DNA of 64,000 nucleotides, taken from sequence record SRR2962707_3124. One strand, given 5' to 3'. Below, piece by piece: positions 40,565-50,183 of the stretch. Under the pieces are notes generated by a model, which was not told the DNA's origin, ran no database searches, and saw only the letters and a list, made by a program, of their open reading frames with translations. Within the stretch, counting starts at the first letter, position 1. Each line of letters opens with the position of its first letter. The translations under genes were made by a program, and so were the position numbers.

Positions 40565-42355
40565 TTATTGACCGATTTTAGGCGGCTCATTACTCAAATT
40601 GAGCGGTTGGTTCCCAAAGTTTAGACCCGGCGGATTGGAGCCTTGAGTGCCAGCGCCTGTGTTCCCGCCAATTGGGTTGAGCTGCATGCCCGGAAGGCCC
40701 AAACCTCCGCCCATTCCCGGCAATGACAGGCCGCCATTGCCGTTACCTGGAATGTTGATCTGCACATCTTCAATATTGAACTTTACCTCATTGTCTTTGT
40801 AATGGGTGACCATTCGTGGGAAGAAAATCACGATCATGATGGCGATGAATTGAATCACGATATAGGGCAATACGCCTTTGTAGATTTGCGTTGTTTTGAT
40901 GCCCGCAATGCGCTCGCCCGTTACTGCATCTTTCCAGTCTTCTTTTGGTGATATTGACCGAAGATAGAAAAGCGCAAAGCCAAATGGCGGCGTTAGGAAT
41001 GACGTCTGTAGGTTGATGCCAAGAATGATACCAAGCCAAATCAAGTCGATGCCCAATTTTTCAGCCGGTCCAACAAGAAGTGGAACGATGATGAATGCGA
41101 TTTCAAAGAAATCGAGGAAGCAGCCAAGTATGAATACAATGATTGTAACGACGAAGAGGAAGCCTGTTTCTCCACCTGGTAAAGCCAGAAGCAGTTCTTC
41201 TATCCAAATGTGGCCATTGATGCCGTAGAATGTGAGACCGAACACGCGCGCGCCGATCAAAATGAACATAACGAAGGCAGTCAATTTGGTCGTCGAATCC
41301 AACGCCTCTTTGAGCATTGTTAATCCAAGACGACGCTTCATCACGGAAAGGATTAGAGCGCCGGTTGCACCCATAGCGCCGCCTTCGGTTGGCGTGGCGA
41401 TGCCGAGGAAGATTGTTCCCAGCACAAGGAATATAAGTGCCAGCGGCGGAATGAGAACAATAATGACCTGCTCGGCGAGGCGCGAAATAATGCCCCATTT
41501 AAAGTGCCGATTGAGCATTGAGAAAGCCAAGGCACCTAAGGTCGATACAGTGGCAGACCAAACAACCCGTGTTTCATACCGCATATCCGATAGAATAAAA
41601 TGGTAAAGTACGAAGCCGAGGCCGACGGCGCATGCTATTGTTAAAAACAGAGATGTGACGCCGCTTCCCAATGTGCGCGCTTCAATCGGTAATGCAGGCA
41701 CAGTTTTTGGCATGACGATTGTCAGTATCAGGATATATAAGCAATACATCCCCATAATCATGGCGGCGGGCAATACTGCGCCGACATACATATCGCCGAC
41801 AGAGCGACCAAGCTGATCCGACATGACAATCAGCACGAGTGATGGCGGCACAATTTGTGCCAATGTACCAGATGCAGCGATTGTTCCAGTTGCAACTGAC
41901 CGATCATAGCCATAGCGCATCATAATGGGCAGTGAGATTAGGCCCATCGCGATAACCGATGCAGCCACAACGCCTGTCGTTGCCCCCAGCAATCCACCAA
42001 CAATGATCACAGCAAATGCCAAGCCGCCACGCAGTGGGCCGAACAATTGACCGATTGTATCGAGCAAATCTTCTGCCATGCGTGAGCGCTCTAATATCAA
42101 TCCCATGAAGGTAAAGAACGGAATTGCCAGCAGCGTATCATTCCGCATGATATCAAACGTTCGGTTTTGCAGCGATTGAATGAGTGGGTAAAAAAGCGTG
42201 ATTTCATTGGAATATTGAGAAAGCTCAATACCGACTACGAAGAAAAAGAGACCGCCCGCAGCAAGTGTAAAAGCAACTGGGTAGCCAAGAAGCAGCATCG
42301 CCATGACGCTGATAAACATGATTGGTGCAAGATTGTGCGCGATCAATTGTATCAT
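40565..42355 (-). CDS. dctM: TRAP transporter large permease
   Basis: LLAIPFF.FMG, GTLAQIVPPS, ATPTE and QTSFLTPPFG. Confidence 0.93.
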   Translation of the reverse strand: MIQLIAHNLAPIMFISVMAMLLLGYPVAFTLAAGGLFFFVVGIELSQYSNEITLFYPLIQSLQNRTFDIMRNDTLLAIPFFTFMGLILERSRMAEDLLDTIGQLFGPLRGGLAFAVIIVGGLLGATTGVVAASVIAMGLISLPIMMRYGYDRSVATGTIAASGTLAQIVPPSLVLIVMSDQLGRSVGDMYVGAVLPAAMIMGMYCLYILILTIVMPKTVPALPIEARTLGSGVTSLFLTIACAVGLGFVLYHFILSDMRYETRVVWSATVSTLGALAFSMLNRHFKWGIISRLAEQVIIVLIPPLALIFLVLGTIFLGIATPTEGGAMGATGALILSVMKRRLGLTMLKEALDSTTKLTAFVMFILIGARVFGLTFYGINGHIWIEELLLALPGGETGFLFVVTIIVFILGCFLDFFEIAFIIVPLLVGPAEKLGIDLIWLGIILGINLQTSFLTPPFGFALFYLRSISPKEDWKDAVTGERIAGIKTTQIYKGVLPYIVIQFIAIMIVIFFPRMVTHYKDNEVKFNIEDVQINIPGNGNGGLSLPGMGGGLGLPGMQLNPIGGNTGAGTQGSNPPGLNFGNQPLNLSNEPPKIGQ

Positions 42356-42957
42356 TTGCTTGGTGCCTGCTTGTTCATACGTGCATCAATATCTGCCGCT
42401 GATTCCAGTTCCCTTACGACCGGTGGAAGTTGATCTTCAGCGTTGGGGTCAACAATAATTCCGCGTAGAACGGCGATCCGTTTGATTATTTCCGAAAAGG
42501 CTTGCGCGGTAAGAAGGATGAAACCAGCGAGAATTAAACCTTTAGCAGGCCAAATCGTCAGGCCGCTCGCATTGAGCGATGTTTCATTGTTTTGAAATGA
42601 ATTCATGAAGAACGGCCAGCCCAGATAAACCATGAGAAGGCAGAATGGCATCAGGAAGAAAATGTGGCCAAGGAGATCGATCCAGTCACGGGTTTTCTTT
42701 GCTAAGCCCGATGTAAGGATGTCGATGCGCACATGCTCATTGCGTTGTAGCGTGTAGGCTGCAGCTAAAAGAAAAACTGCGCCATAGAGGTACCATTGAA
42801 GTTCTAGCCAGGCATTTGAAGACGCGTCGAATATCTTGCGGATAACCGCATTTCCCGCGCTGACGAAAACCGCTGCAAGAATAAGCCAGGAAACCGACCT
42901 GCCAATAAATGCAGTCGTGCTGTCAACGGCCGCAGAAAGCCTTAATAGTGACTTCAT
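42352..42957 (-). CDS. dctQ: TRAP transporter small permease
   Basis: SNAWLELQWYL and EHVRIDI; four TM segments. Confidence 0.92.
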   Translation of the reverse strand: MKSLLRLSAAVDSTTAFIGRSVSWLILAAVFVSAGNAVIRKIFDASSNAWLELQWYLYGAVFLLAAAYTLQRNEHVRIDILTSGLAKKTRDWIDLLGHIFFLMPFCLLMVYLGWPFFMNSFQNNETSLNASGLTIWPAKGLILAGFILLTAQAFSEIIKRIAVLRGIIVDPNAEDQLPPVVRELESAADIDARMNKQAPSK

Positions 42958-43315
42958 AGTCCTCCCTTTCAATCTGCATCCAACAGTATTTGGACACCTT
43001 ATCCAAAAAGACAGCTTTCATGACCGAATGCAAGAAAGCGTTCAATTTTAAGCAGATGCCATAAATCGCATGCTCTTGGCCTATAGCATTGGGTTTGGCA
43101 GTGTTCAATTGACTGGTTAACAGATTTTACCAATTAACTTTTTCACGCTTCGCGTTCCGGACTCTAAGTTTCATGGAAAAGTGCAAACTTCAACGTTTGT
43201 AAGTCTTTTGGTGTGCCTGTCATATTATACCACCTATAGTAGAAATAGACGAAAAGCATGGATTAAATAGTATTTTAATCATTTTTGGATACAAAACCCC
43301 GCTAGGGGAAGTGAT

Positions 43316-45643
43316 ATGAGTGACCATAAAACGGCCAGTAAAAATAAGGTTTATAGTAAAGAAACCGAAATTGCCTTAATTAGCTCTGTGTTCGCAGATA
43401 GGCGGAGCTTGATTGTTGGTGCCATGTTGCAAATCGCGGTGATGACAGTATTCATCGTGAATACGGGTCTTCTTTGGCTTAGTTTTTTCCCCCTTAGCGT
43501 TATTCTTGTCACTTTTTGGCGCCATTTTGTGGGACGCAAGTTTCATGAGGCTGCCGCTTCTATCGACCCTGAAAATATTGATGTGCGCCTAAGTAATGCA
43601 AATTACTGGGTGAATCGCTATCTCATGCCCGGCACGATTACAGGCGCCAATATTGGCTTCTTTTGCTTTATTGGATTGCAGTACAGCGATTCAGCATTCT
43701 CATTCAGTGCGGCATACTGCTTATTGTTCACGCCATTGCCGACAATTGTTGGTCGTATTTATGGCTCTTTGAAAGTCGCCAGCTATACGTTGTTTGGCAT
43801 TTTCGGCCCATTAATGATCGGCTACATTATTAAAGCCGATGTCTATCATATAATTTTGGCCATGCTGTGCCTTCCCTATATCGCGTTGGTTATGGGCATG
43901 GTGAAAAATGTGCGTTCGACAGTTGCAAAAGCTGTCACGGGCAATAGCGAAAAAATGGAACTTGGTCGTCGCTTCGACGTGGCTTTGAGCAATATGACGC
44001 ACGGCCTAATGATGCTTGATGATGAAAACAGGGTTCTGATCATGAATGATCGCGCTGTTTTGTTGTTCGGCGTTCCCGACCATTTGAATGTTTTAGGGCG
44101 TCCTCTATCTGCATTGATGCGCTATACGCGCCGGTTTGAAGATAGCAACACACTTCATGTGCGAAAATTGGGTGCAGCTCTTGAGCAAGTGATGGACACA
44201 GACATTCATCGCAAATTGATTAGTTTGAACGATGGGCGATTTATTGAATTGTTTGTAAACGAACGAACAGTAGAAGGCACGGTTTTAACCTTTGAAGATG
44301 TTACTGAACGCATTCTTTCGGCGCAAAAAATCGAGCGCATGGCCCAATATGATGGGCTAACTGGTCTTCCTAACCGCCAGCATTTCATGAATTTGGTCGA
44401 ACAAATCATCGCAACTTCTGACCGCAGTGCATCTTGCGCTTTGCTCGTCGTTGATGTCGATGACTTTAAGTATGTCAACGATGCGATTGGGCACACACAG
44501 GGCGATGCACTGCTGAAATCCATTGCTGGAAAATTACAGTCAGTAATGGGCCCTACGGATGTGGCTTGTCGTCTGGGCGGAGACGAGTTTTTGCTGTTTT
44601 TAGGTAATCTTGAAAACCCGGAGCGCGCCGACATACTTGTACCGCTGCTTTCATCACAGCTAACCGGCATTTATGATCTAGAGATTGAGCAGATTCACGC
44701 GAGCTGCAGTATTGGCTATTTTGTTGATGCCTCCGAGGGCTGCGCTATCGATACCGCAATTATTTGTGCCGATATGGCGTTGTATTCAGTCAAAAAATCG
44801 CAAAAAGGCGGTTGGGCTCGTTTTGAAAAAACAATGGACGAACAATATCAGCGTCGCCAACAAATTAAGAAAAGGCTCGGCAGCGCAATTCAAAGTCAAG
44901 AGCTAAGTCTGGTGTTCCAGCCGTTGGTTAATGTTACATCGGGGCGACTTGTTGCCTGTGAAGCCTTGGCACGTTGGCATGATAAGGATTTTGGAAACGT
45001 CTCACCAGCTGAGTTTATTCCACTTGCTGAGGAAATGGGTGTAATCAGCCAAATCACTGAGCAGGTGCTGCATCGTGCGACCATAGAATGTGCGAAGTGG
45101 CCCGAACACGTATCTGTCTCCGTTAATCTATCAACCGTTGACTTTAGATCCGGCGATATACTCGCAACGATCGATAGTGCGCTGGCTTTGTCTGGATTGG
45201 CTGCGCACCGGCTAGAAGTTGAAGTGACAGAAACTGCGGTGAGCTCGAACGAAAAAGAAATGGTGGAGAAGCTCCACGCTATTCACGAGCGCGGTGTGCG
45301 CATTTCCCTTGATGATTTTGGCACCGGCTATTCGTCATTAAGTTATTTGCATCGGTTGCCTCTTGATAAGGTCAAGATTGATCGCTCTTTCGTGGTGGGC
45401 ATCGATACGGGCGAAACACCAGTTTCGCTTCTGAGGGGTATCACTGATCTTTGCGCGACACTTAACCTTGATGTCACCGTGGAAGGTGTAGAAACCATCA
45501 GCCAATTAGAATTGGTGATGCACTGTGCGAGAGTGGATCGTATCCAGGGGTATATTTACGGTCCTGGCCTACCGGCAAGCGGAATTAATACGCTCGCGAA
45601 TTTGAACAAAATGCCGCTGCTCGCAAACGAACATTCCGCCTAG
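43316..45643 (+). CDS. Membrane-bound PAS-GGDEF-EAL diguanylate cyclase/phosphodiesterase
   Basis: N-terminal TM helices, PAS-like ALSNMTHGL, DGLTGLPNR, RLGGDEF, EALARW, DDFGTGYSSL and EGVE. Confidence 0.93.
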   Translation: MSDHKTASKNKVYSKETEIALISSVFADRRSLIVGAMLQIAVMTVFIVNTGLLWLSFFPLSVILVTFWRHFVGRKFHEAAASIDPENIDVRLSNANYWVNRYLMPGTITGANIGFFCFIGLQYSDSAFSFSAAYCLLFTPLPTIVGRIYGSLKVASYTLFGIFGPLMIGYIIKADVYHIILAMLCLPYIALVMGMVKNVRSTVAKAVTGNSEKMELGRRFDVALSNMTHGLMMLDDENRVLIMNDRAVLLFGVPDHLNVLGRPLSALMRYTRRFEDSNTLHVRKLGAALEQVMDTDIHRKLISLNDGRFIELFVNERTVEGTVLTFEDVTERILSAQKIERMAQYDGLTGLPNRQHFMNLVEQIIATSDRSASCALLVVDVDDFKYVNDAIGHTQGDALLKSIAGKLQSVMGPTDVACRLGGDEFLLFLGNLENPERADILVPLLSSQLTGIYDLEIEQIHASCSIGYFVDASEGCAIDTAIICADMALYSVKKSQKGGWARFEKTMDEQYQRRQQIKKRLGSAIQSQELSLVFQPLVNVTSGRLVACEALARWHDKDFGNVSPAEFIPLAEEMGVISQITEQVLHRATIECAKWPEHVSVSVNLSTVDFRSGDILATIDSALALSGLAAHRLEVEVTETAVSSNEKEMVEKLHAIHERGVRISLDDFGTGYSSLSYLHRLPLDKVKIDRSFVVGIDTGETPVSLLRGITDLCATLNLDVTVEGVETISQLELVMHCARVDRIQGYIYGPGLPASGINTLANLNKMPLLANEHSA

Positions 45644-45856
45644 AATTTAATTTGGCGGTTTGCCACGCCCCTATTTGCTTCGGATTGCATTTTTTGCCTC
45701 CGTTCAAAATTCTATCACGTGAAATAAGGCAGAAAAATCAAATAAAACTTTCTTAACAAATCCCTTTTGTTTACACCTAAATTTACCAAATATTTACTAC
45801 GTGTGTCACTATAATACACATAGAATATTGTTTTGGGTGGAACAACATTAGGGTAG

Positions 45857-46612
45857 TTGGCCGTGACCAAAAAGATTTCAGATATAGCTGGTGCTATTAA
45901 AGCTGATACGCCGCTTTTTGCGGAGATGTTCGATGTTATGGATCGGTTGGAATACCGACGCGCTGTAACAGAAGAAGACTTTGAAGATATCGGTAGGCTC
46001 AGGCAAAGAGCTTACGATTCTCGAGATATTTACGAGCGTAAATTCGGGAAGTATGTCATCGAAGACCTTGATCGTGATCCGCGAACCTATGTGTTCGGTG
46101 TTTATTTTCAGGATCAGCTTGTTTCTACCCTTCGTATTAATCACGTAACGCCAGAAAATCGCGTGTCACCAGCCGTAGCTTTTTTTGGCAATGTGCTCAA
46201 TCCATTGCTTGACCAGGGGCTTACATTTATCGATCCAAGCCGCTTGGCAATTGATCCGAGTTTCGCAAAAATGTTTCCAGGTCTGCCGATTATGACGCAG
46301 CGCCTTCCGGTTATTGCAACGATCCAGCTGGCTGCCAGCTATGGTTTATTTGCGGTGCTTGCAAAACACCGTGCCTATTATCTGCGCGTCTTTAGGGCGA
46401 CTTTACTGGCTGGTCCTATTTTATCGCCCGGCATGAATGTTGATGTTATTTTGCTGGCCTGTGCGTTGCAAAATCGCAAAGATTTGTTTGAAAGATTTCC
46501 GGTTTTTAACTTCAAAGATGCAGAGGGTCGTTTGCTTTTTGGCAACGATATGCGCAAAGACAGCCCGCTCTGCGTTCGTCCTACGGCAAGACTTGCACTT
46601 AATGCTGCGTAA
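45857..46612 (+). CDS. FeeM-like N-acyl amino acid synthase (GNAT fold)
   Basis: RLEYRRA...RLRQRAY, STLRI, FIDPSRLAID and H.AYY.RVF. Confidence 0.75.
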   Translation: MAVTKKISDIAGAIKADTPLFAEMFDVMDRLEYRRAVTEEDFEDIGRLRQRAYDSRDIYERKFGKYVIEDLDRDPRTYVFGVYFQDQLVSTLRINHVTPENRVSPAVAFFGNVLNPLLDQGLTFIDPSRLAIDPSFAKMFPGLPIMTQRLPVIATIQLAASYGLFAVLAKHRAYYLRVFRATLLAGPILSPGMNVDVILLACALQNRKDLFERFPVFNFKDAEGRLLFGNDMRKDSPLCVRPTARLALNAA

Positions 46613-46700
46613 TTTTTAAATCCTACCTCAACTAGCCATTGCGATTTGAGTGTGTTTTGGTTAAGCGTCATCTAAAGATTTTTGCTTCTGGAGCACTGCA

Positions 46701-46916
46701 ATGGCTAATAAAACACCATCTGAAAATAATCCCGTAATGGACTATGCGGAACACGACCGCACTTACCATATGTTTTTAACGGGCGCTAAGTGGCTAACTG
46801 TGTTGTCAGTTATCCTTCTTATTTCAATGGCGCTCGGATTTTTTGCTGGATTTGGTTTGTTTGGCGGAATGATCGCTTTTGTGATCTTGACCGTTTTGGC
46901 CTATTTTTTCGCTTAA
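46701..46916 (+). CDS. aa3-type cytochrome c oxidase subunit IV
   Basis: MDYAEHDRTY..F...KW followed by hydrophobic helices. Confidence 0.85.
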   Translation: MANKTPSENNPVMDYAEHDRTYHMFLTGAKWLTVLSVILLISMALGFFAGFGLFGGMIAFVILTVLAYFFA

Positions 46917-46935
46917 CGCTTTTTATATCTAAAAT

Positions 46936-46965
46936 AAAAGCCGCTGGTGAAAATCAGCGGCTTTT
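46936..46965. terminator. Bidirectional intrinsic terminator
   Basis: AAAAGCCGCTGGT-GAAA-ATCAGCGGCTTTT between convergent genes. Confidence 0.85.
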
Positions 46966-46980
46966 GTGTGTCTAAATAAA

Positions 46981-47838
46981 TTAGCCGCCTACGCGTTTGA
47001 GCCCATTTTGAGCTGGTGCGAAGTTGCGATCAAGGATCAATGCTTGCTTATAGGATTTGATGGCTTTTTCTTTTTCGCCTTTTTGTTCCCATATCAAACC
47101 TTGGTTTGCCCAGCTCTCGGCATTATTTTTATCGAGTGTGATCGCGTAATTGACATCATCAAACGCATTATCAAGCTGGTTGAGCGCAATATAGGATATC
47201 GCACGGCCGTTGTAGGGCTCAGGCGAATTTGGCGCCAAAGAGATGGCGGTAGAAAAGTCATCAATCGCAAAATTATTCTGATTACGGCTTTGATATATGA
47301 GGCCGCGGCGATGGTAAGCGCGCGGGTCAGTCGTATCGAGCTGAATGGCGCGTTGGAAATCGTTAAAGGCTTCATTGGCGCGGCCAGCACGACGGTATAA
47401 TTCACCGCGGCCGATATAGGCCTTGTCGTAGCTCGGATTGATTTGCAATGCGCTGTTATAGTCTGCAGCTGCTTCTGCAAGCTCACCTAAGAACCGATGA
47501 ATAAGCGCCCGGTTAGCGTAGGCTTCAAAGTAACGGGGGTTTAGCTGAATAGCCTTGTCGAAATCACGCATAGCATCGCGGTAGCTGCCTGAACGTCCAA
47601 AGGCAGAGCCGCGCACATTATAGGCAGCGGCATCGTTAGGGTTGGCTCTAATGACGGCTGTGAGCGAGGCGATATTTTCGGCGCTGCCCTGCGCGGTTTC
47701 TATACGCGCTACGTCTGTAGGAATTGACGATGATGTAGTGCAGCCAGAAACCATAACGGCACTGAACATAAGCATGGACGCACTGGCAATTCGTAAGTCG
47801 AATTTATGCTGGAAATTCAATCGAGTTGCCGCGCTCAT
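46981..47838 (-). CDS. TPR-repeat (lipo)protein
   Basis: Lipobox-like VSGC; repeated AY.NRG...A..DF..AI.L.P units. Confidence 0.9.
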   Translation of the reverse strand: MSAATRLNFQHKFDLRIASASMLMFSAVMVSGCTTSSSIPTDVARIETAQGSAENIASLTAVIRANPNDAAAYNVRGSAFGRSGSYRDAMRDFDKAIQLNPRYFEAYANRALIHRFLGELAEAAADYNSALQINPSYDKAYIGRGELYRRAGRANEAFNDFQRAIQLDTTDPRAYHRRGLIYQSRNQNNFAIDDFSTAISLAPNSPEPYNGRAISYIALNQLDNAFDDVNYAITLDKNNAESWANQGLIWEQKGEKEKAIKSYKQALILDRNFAPAQNGLKRVGG

Positions 47839-47901
47839 TAAAGGCCCCTTATCGGATGTCTTGTGTTTATATTGACCATTTAACCATCCGCAATACAAAC
47901 G

Positions 47902-47933
47902 AAAAATGGTGCTTGCTTTTCAGCCGCACCACT
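47902..47933 (-). terminator. Probable rpsU terminator
   Basis: Minus strand GTGGTGC-GGCTGAAAAGCAA-GCACCATTTTT. Confidence 0.6.
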
Positions 47934-47990
47934 TCAATGATCATAAAAAACGTCTAAATCGCGGCAAGGCCCGATAAAGCTGTATAGAAT

Positions 47991-48218
47991 TTAAGACGCT
48001 ACTGGACGACCGCCGAGCAAACCTTCGCGTTGAGCGCGTTTGCGAGCCAATTTACGTGTGCGACGAACAGCTTCAGCTTTTTCGCGCGCGCGTTTTTCAG
48101 ATGGCTTTTCGTAATGGCCACGAAGTTTCATTTCGCGGAAAACGCCTTCGCGTTGCAATTTCTTTTTCAAAACGCGTAGCGCTTGATCTACATTATTGTC
48201 GCGTACTAATACCTGCAC
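47991..48218 (-). CDS. rpsU: 30S ribosomal protein S21
   Basis: [25 protein letters not shown]...YEKPSE; GTG start. Confidence 0.98.
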   Translation of the reverse strand: MQVLVRDNNVDQALRVLKKKLQREGVFREMKLRGHYEKPSEKRAREKAEAVRRTRKLARKRAQREGLLGGRPVAS

Positions 48219-48565
48219 GTTGATCCCGTTCCTTAAAGGTTCAATTTTAGTGTTCTCTCGAACAAATTTTCAGTCATAAGGCGGGCAACATGGATTACTC
48301 AGTCAAACGAATGCTGAATTTCAGCGCTGTTTAATGGTTAAACGATATTGCTCGCAAAGCCTAAGACTGAGCGATTGGTGTCCTAATAACAGCTGTCGCT
48401 GGCTAAGTCTAGTGGCTAGGATGATCAAAAGCGCTTGATAATGAAGGCATGTGTGACAAATTTTCTCGAAATAGCGCCTTGGTTTGGCGCAAAATGACTG
48501 GCGAATACGCATTGAGTATGCGAATTTTGGTGCTGTTTATGATTTTATTGAATTGGATGGGCTAG

Positions 48566-49819
48566 ATGCGTCGTTTCTCTGGATTTGCTGTCGCGCGTGA
48601 GGCGATTCGTGCCCATAAGGGCTGGAAACAGCAGTGGACGAACCCGGAACCCAAGTCAGAATATGATGTCATAATCGTTGGCGCAGGTGGCCACGGCTTG
48701 GCGACAGCGTATTATTTGGCAAAAGAGCATGGTGTAACGAATGTCGCTGTCCTTGAAAAAGGCTGGCTTGGCGGCGGCAATACGGGCCGCAACACAACGA
48801 TTATCCGTTCTAACTATTTATTTGATGAATCTGCCGGTCTTTATGATCACGCTGTGAAATTGTGGGAAGGTTTGAGCCAAGACCTCAATTACAACGTCAT
48901 GTTTTCGCAGCGCGGCGTCATGATGCTTGCTCACAATGTGCATGATGTTCAGGTCTTTAAGCGCCATGTTCATGCCAACCGCCTAAACGGTGTTGATAAT
49001 GAATGGCTGACAACGCAGGAAGCTAAGGATTTTTGTCCACCGCTCAATGTATCTCAAAGTGCGCGCTATCCTGTTATGGGCGCGGCGTTACAGCGCCGCG
49101 GCGGCACGGCACGTCATGATGCGGTTGCTTGGGGTTATGCGCGTGCCGCATCAGCTCTTGGTGTGCATGTTATTCAAAATTGCGAAGTGAAAAACATTAA
49201 ACGCGGCGCAAATGGTGCCGTCACTGGTGTTGAAACATCACGCGGCTTTATTGGCGCTAAGAAAGTTGGTGTTGTCGCTGCGGGTAATACGTCAAATGTC
49301 ATGCAGATGGCTGATGTGCGTATGCCGCTTGAAAGCTTTCCGCTTCAAGCATTGGTCTCAGAGCCGGTCAAACCGTGCTTTCCGTGCGTCGTGATGTCTA
49401 ACACCGTTCATGCTTATATTTCGCAGTCCGATAAGGGGGAGTTGGTCATTGGCGCAGGCACGGATCAGTACACATCTTATTCGCAAACCGGCGGTCTTCA
49501 TATTTTAGAGCATACGCTTGATGCGATATGCGAAATGTTCCCGATATTTACGCGCATGAAAATGCTGCGCTCTTGGGGCGGTATTGTCGACGTGACGCCG
49601 GACCGTTCGCCGATCATTGGCAAAACACCGGTCTCTGGCCTTTATGTGAATTGCGGATGGGGCACGGGCGGCTTTAAGGCGACACCTGGCTCTGGCAATG
49701 TGTTCGCTCATACGATTGCGCACGACAAGCCGCACCCAATCAATGAAGGCTACACGCTTGAGCGCTTTAATACAGGGTATCTGATCGATGAAGCTGCCGC
49801 TGCAGCGGTCGCCCATTAA
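48566..49819 (+). CDS. soxB: Sarcosine oxidase subunit beta
   Basis: [40 protein letters not shown] and [10 protein letters not shown]. Confidence 0.96.
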   Translation: MRRFSGFAVAREAIRAHKGWKQQWTNPEPKSEYDVIIVGAGGHGLATAYYLAKEHGVTNVAVLEKGWLGGGNTGRNTTIIRSNYLFDESAGLYDHAVKLWEGLSQDLNYNVMFSQRGVMMLAHNVHDVQVFKRHVHANRLNGVDNEWLTTQEAKDFCPPLNVSQSARYPVMGAALQRRGGTARHDAVAWGYARAASALGVHVIQNCEVKNIKRGANGAVTGVETSRGFIGAKKVGVVAAGNTSNVMQMADVRMPLESFPLQALVSEPVKPCFPCVVMSNTVHAYISQSDKGELVIGAGTDQYTSYSQTGGLHILEHTLDAICEMFPIFTRMKMLRSWGGIVDVTPDRSPIIGKTPVSGLYVNCGWGTGGFKATPGSGNVFAHTIAHDKPHPINEGYTLERFNTGYLIDEAAAAAVAH

Positions 49820-49877
49820 TATCACGAACGAATTATACTGACTGGCTCTTATTGTGAGCCGCACGGAAAGATCGAAT

Positions 49878-50183
49878 ATGTTGCTTATCCATTGCCCTTA
49901 TTGCGCAGAAGAACGACCAGAGCTGGAGTTTCGCCATGCTGGTGAAGCGCACATCGAACGGCCGACTAAAATGGGCGAGATGAGCGACGCTGAATTTGCG
50001 AAATATTTCTATTATCGCGAGAACAATAAAGGCATCACCTTTGAACGGTGGCGGCATATGCATGGCTGCGGTCGTTTTTTCAATACGGTGCGTGACACGG
50101 TTTCGGATAAATTTGTGACAACTTACAAGGCAGGTGAACCCAAACCATCGCTTGAAAGCCTATCCAATAAGGCAGGTGCATAA
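49878..50183 (+). CDS. soxD: Sarcosine oxidase subunit delta
   Basis: MLLIHCPYC...EF and ERWRHMHGCGRFFN. Confidence 0.95.
   Translation: MLLIHCPYCAEERPELEFRHAGEAHIERPTKMGEMSDAEFAKYFYYRENNKGITFERWRHMHGCGRFFNTVRDTVSDKFVTTYKAGEPKPSLESLSNKAGA

Noticed and set aside
43263-43278. TTAA-N8-TTAA as a CtrA box upstream of the GGDEF-EAL gene
   Set aside because: The spacer is 8 rather than 7, so it is kept only as an unassigned inverted repeat.
48219-48565. Possible riboswitch or sRNA in the rpsU-soxB intergenic region
   Set aside because: Only short hairpins and a TTAACCAT half-site are present; no recognisable glycine or other riboswitch core and no terminator.
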